DNA of 64,000 nucleotides, from contig JABCZU010000005.1 of NCBI GenBank assembly GCA_013289515.1, positions 5,424-69,423 on the forward strand, in the 5' to 3' direction. Position numbers and translations under genes: made by a program. The stretch is from Candidatus Babelota bacterium. GTDB lineage: Bacteria; Babelota; Babeliae; Babelales; RVW-14. Shown here one piece after another: positions 29,768 to 37,741 of this stretch (the stretch's first letter is position 1; each line of letters begins with the position of its first letter). A model generated the notes under the pieces. It did no database searches and had not been told where the DNA came from. It was given only the letters and a program-made list of their open reading frames with translations.

Positions 29768-30955
29768 ATGACCATTCTATCACACTCTAGCATCAATCGA
29801 ATTAAAGTTGCCTTATTTATGGCGGCTCTCACGAGCAGCTGTTCACTGCTGGGCATGGACGCTTCGGAAGGGCAACAAACAGATAACGCGCAAGCCCACT
29901 GGAATACAACCACTGCCTTAGAGAAAATTGGTAAATACAACAAGGAATTTGACCAATCAATTCTTGATGCGATTAACACAATACTTTTGCCAACCGGCTC
30001 TCAGTACGAGCTGCGTGAAATATCCAATCGATACATGATACGGGATATTCATGACATGATAGTTGCTGAGTATTACGACAGTCCTGGACTGCGCGAGGAT
30101 GCACAAATTGTTTTTGATTATTTACACAATGTTCAAGGCTTTGCAGTACGCAATGGCAGGCTGGTTAACCGCACTAACCCTGATGGCCAAACTATTCTTC
30201 ATCTGATTGCTGCTGATCTGAACCTAATAAGAGCATTGCCCATTTTGGATGCGCTCATCTCCATAATGCTAGCATATGGTATCGATCCATACCAAAGCAC
30301 TAAGCTATACCAAGCAATAGCCGATAAAGATATTAAAAGAGCAACTCAGCTCCTTGCCAATGGTGCCAATCCAAATGGGCCAATTGATAAAAATGGTGAA
30401 ATGCCTATAACGATTTGGCAACGGCTAAGGATGGGGCTAACACAAACAAGAGTACTGATGCGAGACATGCTAATGAATGCATCTGGTAGATATCAGAGCG
30501 AGCCGCCCCTTGTTAAGGCGGCAAAAATGGATGATGATTCATTTTTGCAACTACTTCTTAAATATGGGGCCTATGTAGACGGTAAAGACTGTGAGGGCAA
30601 CACACCATTATGCACTGTTATCTCATTAAGCAATGGAGTCCGTCTCTTGCCCAAGGATGGGCTATTGCAAACTATGCATTTGGTTAAGTGTGGCGCCAAC
30701 ATTAATATCAGAAATAATTGCAGCGCAACGCCATTGCACCTTGCCACGAACAGACACGGTGCTTATCGATTAATTGAACTTTTGTTGCATTTTGGTGCTG
30801 ATATGAATGCACTCAATAGAGATGGTCGTACACCATTATATGGCCAGGAGTGTTATAGATTACTAAGGTATGATCCTACAAATGCGGCTATACAAATCAT
30901 GCTTCAGAATCATATTCAACAGGAACAAACTAGCGCCACCACAACCGCTACGTGA
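29768..30955 (+). CDS. Ankyrin-repeat protein with signal peptide (family member 2)
   Basis: MTILSHSSINRIKVALFMAALTSSCSLLGMD and ANK motifs. Confidence 0.85.
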   Translation: MTILSHSSINRIKVALFMAALTSSCSLLGMDASEGQQTDNAQAHWNTTTALEKIGKYNKEFDQSILDAINTILLPTGSQYELREISNRYMIRDIHDMIVAEYYDSPGLREDAQIVFDYLHNVQGFAVRNGRLVNRTNPDGQTILHLIAADLNLIRALPILDALISIMLAYGIDPYQSTKLYQAIADKDIKRATQLLANGANPNGPIDKNGEMPITIWQRLRMGLTQTRVLMRDMLMNASGRYQSEPPLVKAAKMDDDSFLQLLLKYGAYVDGKDCEGNTPLCTVISLSNGVRLLPKDGLLQTMHLVKCGANINIRNNCSATPLHLATNRHGAYRLIELLLHFGADMNALNRDGRTPLYGQECYRLLRYDPTNAAIQIMLQNHIQQEQTSATTTAT

Positions 30956-30961
30956 AGATTC

Positions 30962-30990
30962 TTGCCCGTAAGCCAGCTAGCAATTATACT
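30962..30990 (+). promoter_or_regulatory. Conserved promoter-like TTGCCC-N17-TATACT, second copy
   Basis: Same flank sequence as 28832-28860. Confidence 0.45.
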
Positions 30991-31046
30991 AGCGGGTAAT
31001 TGGTATTGGATAAATATAACCACAGAAGTATTTCGTTAAGGTTGCC

Positions 31047-32240
31047 ATGGTAAAAAAAATAAAAGCTGCTCCGAAAAAAAATAGTTCTGCATTAAAAATT
31101 AATCAAAAAGACTACGTGCACTTTCTTGAAAAACTTACGGCAGATATTGCAACAACCCAATTACAAGCAGCCTTGGCTATCACCAAAGAGCTAACGATGC
31201 TGTACTGGCGGATAGGTACCATGCTCTCAGAAAAAATAGGAGATCAAGGATGGGGCGCGAAGACCATAGATCGTCTCGCCAGTGACCTTCAGTCAGCCTT
31301 TCCGGATATATCGGGATTTTCTGTACGAAACCTTAAGTACATGCGCAAATTTGCTGACTGCTACACTGATATCAATTGTGCAGCAGCTGCTGCACAAATT
31401 CCATGGGGCCACAACATGGTCATCTTGGATAAGGTCAAGGACCTCGCACAAAGGCTTTGGTATGCACAACAAACCATTGAAAATGGCTGGAGTCGTAGCA
31501 TGCTTGAACACTGGATTGAATCAATGCTATACAGCCGAAAAGGCAAGGCGGTTACTAATTTCAAAAAGACCCTGCCGCCAACCCAATCAGATTTAGCAGA
31601 GCAAACGCTTAAGGACCCGTATAATTTCTCATTTATCGCACTGGATACCAAATTTAGAGAAAGAGAGCTTGAGCAAGGGCTTATCGATCACGTACAAAAA
31701 TTTTTAATAGAGCTTGGTGATGGGTTTGCCTTTGTTGGAAGGCAGTATCGCATTGAAATAGATGATGAAGATAATTTTATTGATCTGCTATTTTATCATA
31801 CAAAATTGCGCTGCTACATTATCGTCGAATTAAAGGCTACAGCATTTGATCCAAGAGATGCAGGGCAGATAAATTTTTACCTATCTGCCGTTGATGCTAT
31901 GTTAAAGCACCCAGCAGACAATCCATCAATAGGTATTTTGTTATGCAAAACCAAAAGTAGAATCAAAGCGGAATACGCGCTTAGAGACATAAATAAACCG
32001 ATAGGCGTAGCAAGTTATAAAACACAATTAGTAGAAAGTCTGCCTAAATCTTTTAAGGGAAGTTTGCCAACTACTGAAGAAATTGAGACTGAGCTAGAAA
32101 AACAGGAATTATTGGCTGGCAACAAGACGGTCAAAGAGCAAAAGAAAGTACCGAAGAAAGCGCCAATTAAGGCTAAAACAAAGCAGAAAATGAGCGCATC
32201 AAAGAAGAGCAAAAGGCCGTCTAAATCATCAAAATCGTAA
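31047..32240 (+). CDS. DUF1016 / YhcG-like PDDEXK nuclease family protein (second copy)
   Basis: FAFVGRQYRIEIDDEDNFIDLLFYHTKLRCYIIVELKATAFDPRDAGQINFYL. Lys-rich C-terminal tail. Confidence 0.8.
   Translation: MVKKIKAAPKKNSSALKINQKDYVHFLEKLTADIATTQLQAALAITKELTMLYWRIGTMLSEKIGDQGWGAKTIDRLASDLQSAFPDISGFSVRNLKYMRKFADCYTDINCAAAAAQIPWGHNMVILDKVKDLAQRLWYAQQTIENGWSRSMLEHWIESMLYSRKGKAVTNFKKTLPPTQSDLAEQTLKDPYNFSFIALDTKFRERELEQGLIDHVQKFLIELGDGFAFVGRQYRIEIDDEDNFIDLLFYHTKLRCYIIVELKATAFDPRDAGQINFYLSAVDAMLKHPADNPSIGILLCKTKSRIKAEYALRDINKPIGVASYKTQLVESLPKSFKGSLPTTEEIETELEKQELLAGNKTVKEQKKVPKKAPIKAKTKQKMSASKKSKRPSKSSKS
31376..31397. repeat. 22 bp palindrome, copy 2, inside the DUF1016 CDS
   Basis: Encodes NCAAAAAQ in frame. 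The paralog at 20123 has unrelated residues at this position. Confidence 0.9.
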
Positions 32241-32286
32241 CGCCATGTAATTGTGCAGCAGCTGCTGCACAATTACATGGCGTTAC
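32237..32286. repeat. 50 bp perfect palindrome containing 22 bp core copy 3
   Basis: All 25 base pairs were checked by hand (GTAACGCCATGTAATTGTGCAGCAG|CTGCTGCACAATTACATGGCGTTAC). It overlaps the DUF1016 stop codon. Confidence 0.95.
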
Positions 32287-32306
32287 ACACATGAGGAATA
32301 TTATCA

Positions 32307-33419
32307 ATGACCATTCTATCACACTCCAATACCAATCAAATAATGCTCGCCTTATTTGTGGCAGTCCTCACGAGCAGCTGTCCGCTTTTGGGTATGAATA
32401 CCTGTGAAGAGCACCAAACATCTGCCCAACTATCTCACTACACAGCCGCTGCTTTGAAAGAAATTGGTAGACGTAACAAGGAATTTGATCAATCAATTCT
32501 TGATGCGATTAACACAATACTTTTGCCAACCGGCCCTCAGTGCGAAGTACGTGAAATATCCAATCGATACATGATACGGGATATTCATGATATGATAGTT
32601 ACTGAATATTACGACAATCCTGGACTGTGCCAGGACGCACAACTTGTTTTTGATTATTTATACGATATCCAAAATTTTGCCATACGCAATGGCAGGCTGG
32701 TTAACCGCACTAACCCTGATGGCAATACTATCCTGCACCTTATCGCTGCTGATATCAACGCTGCACAGACAGAAAGAATAAAGTTCGTTTATAAGGCACT
32801 TATCAGAATTACACAAGAATATAACATTGATTCAAACCCAAGCGCCCAGCTATGCGAGGCGATAAAGGCTAAGGATCTTGCAAGAGCCACTCAGTTACTT
32901 AATGAGGGCACCGATCCAAATGGTATGGTCAATAAAAAGGGGCAGTTGCCTCCTTCCTTATATTTCATACCCAAAAGACAATACCTATCGCATTATCATC
33001 CACAAGACATGTGGCGGCAACTGACGATCAATGGGATCTTCCTGGACCTAACGAGGGTATCTGGAAACTCACCACTTACACTAGCAGATAACAATTTTGA
33101 GTTTATATCACTGCTACTCAGATATGGGGCCTATGTAGATTGTAAAAATTTTTTAAATCCTGCACTGTTACTTACCACTTTTTTTATTTACAACAACGTA
33201 AGCATCCAGGATAAGTGCCATAAAGAGTTCCCTTTACATGCGGCCTGCAAACGGAACTCTCCTGAATTTGTTGAATGTTTGTTACAACAGGGTGCTGATG
33301 TACATGCTATTGATGCTTGCGGCAGAACACCGCTCGATGTTGCTGAGGATGAGCAGAGGAACAGGCCAGGCGATCATAAGCCGGCGGCTATAGTTGCTAT
33401 GCTGAAGAACGTTGCTTAA
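32307..33419 (+). CDS. Ankyrin-repeat protein with signal peptide (family member 3)
   Basis: MTILSHSNTNQIMLALFVAVLTSSCPLLGMN and ANK motifs. Confidence 0.85.
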   Translation: MTILSHSNTNQIMLALFVAVLTSSCPLLGMNTCEEHQTSAQLSHYTAAALKEIGRRNKEFDQSILDAINTILLPTGPQCEVREISNRYMIRDIHDMIVTEYYDNPGLCQDAQLVFDYLYDIQNFAIRNGRLVNRTNPDGNTILHLIAADINAAQTERIKFVYKALIRITQEYNIDSNPSAQLCEAIKAKDLARATQLLNEGTDPNGMVNKKGQLPPSLYFIPKRQYLSHYHPQDMWRQLTINGIFLDLTRVSGNSPLTLADNNFEFISLLLRYGAYVDCKNFLNPALLLTTFFIYNNVSIQDKCHKEFPLHAACKRNSPEFVECLLQQGADVHAIDACGRTPLDVAEDEQRNRPGDHKPAAIVAMLKNVA

Positions 33420-33432
33420 CAATAAGGCTTAT

Positions 33433-33458
33433 AATTGTGCAGCAGCTGCTGCACAATT
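33433..33458. repeat. 26 bp perfect palindrome containing 22 bp core copy 4, between convergent genes
   Basis: AATTGTGCAGCAGCTGCTGCACAATT. It lies between the ankyrin stop (33419) and the pgpA stop (33463), so it could be a bidirectional terminator. Confidence 0.9.
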
Positions 33459-33462
33459 GGCA

Positions 33463-34017
33463 TTACACACATGTAAACCATGCAATAAAAACAGCCACAA
33501 GCCATAGTAATAGGCGAGTTATCACCCCGGCAACGATATCGTCACCAAGCACGCCCCAGCATCCGGGCAATCGACGGTCAATAAAGCCGATAGGGAATGG
33601 TTTAAAGATATCAAGCAACCTGAAGACAGCAAAGGCTAGGAAATACCAGCCCCATTGCTGCGGCACGGCGATGAGGGCAATCAACATGCCTACCACCTCA
33701 TCAATAACAATCCATGAGGGATCTTGGTTGACACTGTTTGGCAGGGAACGCTTGACCGCCAGTAGACCAATGGCCGTAAGGGCAAGCGCTATGCCCAGCG
33801 AATAGCCAACAGGCAGCAGAGGCGTACTGAAAACGATGAGTAGCGTCGCAAGGCTGGCGGCAGTGCCGGGGCATCCGGGGATGTATCCGATACAAAAGAA
33901 TGATGAGATAAGATTGGCTATTTTTTGTGAAGGCGCTCGATATCCTTCGAGACGGTTGCGTTGCAACCTCCTCAGGACGAGCGCCTTTTTCAAGTTTCTA
34001 AAAAAGCCCAATCCCAT
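33463..34017 (-). CDS. pgpA: Phosphatidylglycerophosphatase A
   Basis: FFCIGYIPGCPGTAASL motif, membrane helices and DIFKPFPI. The N-terminal 30 aa derive from a repeat element. Confidence 0.8.
   Translation of the reverse strand: MGLGFFRNLKKALVLRRLQRNRLEGYRAPSQKIANLISSFFCIGYIPGCPGTAASLATLLIVFSTPLLPVGYSLGIALALTAIGLLAVKRSLPNSVNQDPSWIVIDEVVGMLIALIAVPQQWGWYFLAFAVFRLLDIFKPFPIGFIDRRLPGCWGVLGDDIVAGVITRLLLWLVAVFIAWFTCV
33932..33985. repeat. Palindromic repeat element within the pgpA 5' coding region
   Basis: GGCGCTCG..ATCCTTCGAGACGGTTGCGTTGCAACCTCCTCAGGACGAGCGCC. Same family as 639-794. Confidence 0.7.
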
Positions 34018-34022
34018 AATGA

Positions 34023-34625
34023 TTACCTTTGCTTTTGGTTACCACACGCAACGCGGCAATAAGAGATTAAATAATCAAGACCGGTGTACAATGTTAAGGC
34101 AACAACGGCGTATACAACGTACAAAGTGGCTGCAATAACTACGGTATTCTGGCCATTGTCAACCATGCACTGAATGAAGAGCGCGTAGATAGCAATCGCC
34201 TGCAAGAAAGTTTTGCGTTGTGCAAGCCTGGTGGTCTTTAATGTCCAGCCCTGCTTAAGCGCAAGCGACCGTAACAAGGTGACCACAATATCACGCATAA
34301 CAATTAATGCCACAACCAACCAAGAAATGGTGCCGCGATACACAAAAGCAGCAAGGACGCCACAGATTAAAATCTTATCAGCCATAGGATCCAGGTAGGC
34401 ACCCAGCTCACTTTCTACATGCCAACGACGCGCTATGTAGCCATCAAACAGATCGGTTACAATAGCCAAGGAGAATAATAGTATAGCGGGGTATAACGCT
34501 CCACCATCACACACGCATAACATGATAACCGGAAGAGCCAGAAGCATGCGCACTAGTGCAAGTATATTAGGGAAATTTTTCCATGCCCAAGACAATGTAT
34601 GCCCTTTTTTTGATGATAGCCACAC
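34023..34625 (-). CDS. pgsA: CDP-diacylglycerol--glycerol-3-phosphate 3-phosphatidyltransferase
   Basis: CDP-alcohol phosphatidyltransferase motif DLFDGYIARRWHVESELGAYLDPMADK. GTG start. Confidence 0.88.
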   Translation of the reverse strand: MWLSSKKGHTLSWAWKNFPNILALVRMLLALPVIMLCVCDGGALYPAILLFSLAIVTDLFDGYIARRWHVESELGAYLDPMADKILICGVLAAFVYRGTISWLVVALIVMRDIVVTLLRSLALKQGWTLKTTRLAQRKTFLQAIAIYALFIQCMVDNGQNTVVIAATLYVVYAVVALTLYTGLDYLISYCRVACGNQKQR

Positions 34626-34678
34626 AATAACACACGCTCTTAAATGTATCGTTATTTTGCCCTATTGGCAATGCGCAA

Positions 34679-36340
34679 TCACCAAAGGGCCTCCAGCGTT
34701 AAGGCAATCTGAAATGTACGCGGTACATTGCGACCAGCAAAGACATATAAACCGCCAAGCTCGACAAGAAAATGATCGGTACATTTGTAGGTATATTGAA
34801 GTCCTACCATATGGGACATGGTAGATGTATCTTTTTCCAATACATGCGTTACCAGGTTTGGCAACTTATTATCAATAGGCCTTACCGTATCCTGGCCTTT
34901 AAACTGGAACTGATAGGATAGATCAAAATAATCCATGGTCGTAAAAATACCATCAATAATATTACCAGCTTGGCAGAAAAATGATGCCCCTGGCGTAATA
35001 CGTACAGGATGGATCTGATCAGGAAAACCCCGTACCGTACTATCAGGCAACGAAAAATCGCCATCAAAAAGAAATGATTCGCCAAACAAAATATGATCTT
35101 TTGCTAGGAGTGTCGGGAGAACTTTGCCATTAAAAACATTGCCCTGTAAAACATCTCTGACTGGAACTCGATAGTTGCGGCGATCTGATAAGCTAAACGC
35201 GCCGCTAAAATGCATGTAGGGATTAAGCGCGCGGTATTTTTCCCAAAATAATGATAGATACCCCGCAAATTGCGTAAAGCCTGTAATACCAACACCAAGC
35301 GGCTGACTCCATAATTTTGAACTATCGGTCGCTCGTGACGTTGGTAATTGAACATAGACACCGGCTAGCGCCCATCTAATACCTTCCAGTGGCAACTTGG
35401 CAGTGACATAGAGCGTAGAATCACCTAAGCCAACGGTAAAGTCATTTTTTTTGAGCTTCATGCCCTTGCGTGATAAAAGATCGTCAACAAAGGCCTCAAG
35501 TGATGCATAGTGGCTAAAAAATTTATTTTGTTCGCCAACATCAAAGGTGGCTGGCACTCCATTAACAAATTGCACCGGCGGCGGGAAGGCATTTGCCGGC
35601 TGGGAAATGACACCCCCACTCCCATTATTGCCGCCAAAGGCATCGAGATTTTCCTGAATATTTTGTAGCTTTTGGCGATTTTCCTGCGTGAGATCGTTGG
35701 CAATACATAGGTGTTGTTGCTGAATCATCACCGGGACGTTGACACCAATGGTGAGCTTATTGCTGTCAAAATTACGCGCATATTGCAGCTGGGCTGAATA
35801 TTGCTCGAGGGATGCTCTGAAAATAATTGGCTGATGAGCCAGGATGCCTAAGTAGTCGTTATTTTTAACCAAAGCTGGCGTAGAAAGAACGCCGGTACCA
35901 ACCAGCTTCTCCTGATCGATAAGCTTGCTTGCAAGTAAAATATCTTGTACGCGTATGTCTGATGCGCCAAAAATTACATGGGATAGATTGGCTGTATCGC
36001 CATTATTTTTGTATCCCTGCGAGGATATTGTTGCCAAAAAGGTGCACAGCAGCATATCGCTGCCTTCAAAGTAATTGGCATAAAAGGGCCAGGCTGGAAA
36101 GAGAACTTTGTCCCTGACCTTTTGCAAGCCCTCTGTTTGTTGTCCCTTTTTGATTGGTTGCTTTGTACTTGATGCACCAAGATCTTTGTTAATGTCAGCC
36201 ATAGAGCGTAGATGAACACCGATCTCTTGCGACACTCGATCAGTAATAAGCTTGTTATTATTATCAAGTGCTATGCTCTTGCCATACAGGGTGTGTGACA
36301 ACAGCATAGCACTTGATAATAGATATATAGATACTTTCAT
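34679..36340 (-). CDS. Putative outer-membrane protein (beta-barrel candidate)
   Basis: Signal peptide MKVSIYLLSSAMLLSHTLYG, alternating beta-like C-terminal segments and a terminal aromatic residue (..LTLEALW). Family not recognised. Confidence 0.5.
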   Translation of the reverse strand: MKVSIYLLSSAMLLSHTLYGKSIALDNNNKLITDRVSQEIGVHLRSMADINKDLGASSTKQPIKKGQQTEGLQKVRDKVLFPAWPFYANYFEGSDMLLCTFLATISSQGYKNNGDTANLSHVIFGASDIRVQDILLASKLIDQEKLVGTGVLSTPALVKNNDYLGILAHQPIIFRASLEQYSAQLQYARNFDSNKLTIGVNVPVMIQQQHLCIANDLTQENRQKLQNIQENLDAFGGNNGSGGVISQPANAFPPPVQFVNGVPATFDVGEQNKFFSHYASLEAFVDDLLSRKGMKLKKNDFTVGLGDSTLYVTAKLPLEGIRWALAGVYVQLPTSRATDSSKLWSQPLGVGITGFTQFAGYLSLFWEKYRALNPYMHFSGAFSLSDRRNYRVPVRDVLQGNVFNGKVLPTLLAKDHILFGESFLFDGDFSLPDSTVRGFPDQIHPVRITPGASFFCQAGNIIDGIFTTMDYFDLSYQFQFKGQDTVRPIDNKLPNLVTHVLEKDTSTMSHMVGLQYTYKCTDHFLVELGGLYVFAGRNVPRTFQIALTLEALW

Positions 36341-37635
36341 TAATCTTCTACCAGTGACTTAAGCGCCTCTTTTAAAAGTTTTTTACGATCCTGTTTTTGT
36401 TGCATAGCCTTGGCATCTTCTCGCATGGTCTGGAACTGTTTGTTGACCTCTTCTCGTACTTTTATATCCATCTCTTTAAGACGACGCTCTTCCTGCTCAT
36501 TACTTTGATTAATGGCATCAAGATTTTTTTCCAGCGCCTCTAATTTTTGCGTAAGTGTCTTGCCAAGCTCTACTACCTTTTGCTCAGTGGTGGTTAATCT
36601 ATGTTCAAGGGCTTGCTGTTCTTGCAATAACTGCTTTTCGCTCGCTGATGCGGTCTCAGCCCGACCCTCTAATGCATCAATTTGTTTTGTCTGCGCCTTT
36701 ACTACATCCTTAACATCGTCAACTTTGTTGTTTGTAGCCTTCAACGTATCATCAAGCCGCTTATGCTGGCTAACCATCTTTTTCTGATGATCAGTGCGCT
36801 CATTAATCTTCTTTTCCAAGGTGGCAATTGCCTTTGTTTTTGTATCCAATGTATGCGTAAGTCTGTCAACTTTCTTTTCAAGTACAGCGGTCTGTTTTAC
36901 AGCTTTTTTAATATCGTCTCTTTTTTCCTGTTTTTTCAAAAACTCTTCCACGTGCAATAGGCGGCGTTCAACATTGGGTGTTGCTGGAACAGAAGGCGCT
37001 GCTACCTGGGCTGCCTCATCATGACTTTCTACCTGAGATACTTCAGGCCTATCTGCGCTCTCTGCGCTGGATTGCACCGGCCAGTTAATAACATCGTTGT
37101 ACAGCAGTAGGCCTATGGTAATAGTGGCAAGTATGGCAATGAGCACAACATACAGTATCCAGGCACGCGGTCGTATGCGTAGGTAAGCACCTCTCACAGC
37201 CCCCAGTCCCTGATACATCGATGATCCGGCCGTATGCCGAAAGCCTGAAAGCCAGTAGTGCGTTGTGCGGTATCTGGACACTATTTTTGACCAAGCCATT
37301 CGGCCAAATTCTGTTACGCCACGCACAATGCTTGACGATGCGTACACAATGCCCTGCCAAGAGCGCTGTGCCGCCCTAACTACAAATGCCATCGCCACGC
37401 CACACCATTGTGCCACGCTGGACCAAACCGTACGGCTAAAATTTGCTATGCTAGGCACAATACCTGACGATGCGTACATAATGCCCTGCCAAGAGCGCTG
37501 TGCCACCCTAAGCACAAATGCCCAGGCACCACGCATCTTGGAAAAGGCTACCGTAACAATGAATACTACCCAAGCCATTATTCGCCGTAAGGCATCCTGA
37601 CAAGAACTTACTATTTTTTTAAAAAAATTTTGCAT
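36340..37635 (-). CDS. Membrane-anchored coiled-coil protein
   Basis: Hydrophobic N-terminal half with a 44 aa tandem duplication. The C-terminal ~230 aa are rich in K/E/Q heptad-like sequence. ATG at 37635 is preferred over the TTG at 37686. Its stop overlaps the start of the next gene (TAATG). Confidence 0.6.
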   Translation of the reverse strand: MQNFFKKIVSSCQDALRRIMAWVVFIVTVAFSKMRGAWAFVLRVAQRSWQGIMYASSGIVPSIANFSRTVWSSVAQWCGVAMAFVVRAAQRSWQGIVYASSSIVRGVTEFGRMAWSKIVSRYRTTHYWLSGFRHTAGSSMYQGLGAVRGAYLRIRPRAWILYVVLIAILATITIGLLLYNDVINWPVQSSAESADRPEVSQVESHDEAAQVAAPSVPATPNVERRLLHVEEFLKKQEKRDDIKKAVKQTAVLEKKVDRLTHTLDTKTKAIATLEKKINERTDHQKKMVSQHKRLDDTLKATNNKVDDVKDVVKAQTKQIDALEGRAETASASEKQLLQEQQALEHRLTTTEQKVVELGKTLTQKLEALEKNLDAINQSNEQEERRLKEMDIKVREEVNKQFQTMREDAKAMQQKQDRKKLLKEALKSLVED

Positions 37636-37741
37636 AAAGCATCTCTCCCAGCTTGCACTACTCTTTAAATCTTTTTTAACGTACAAAATTTAGCCAATTA
37701 ATCGCAAGAATCGTCTAAATAATAATTATAAGATCAGGCTC

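Noticed and set aside
29662-29979. Minus-strand ORFs 29662..29979 and 32015..32272, which share the peptide CSSCCTITWRYDFDDL
   Set aside because: The shared peptide is the antisense translation of the conserved DUF1016 tail plus the palindrome. Both ORFs overlap well-supported plus-strand genes.
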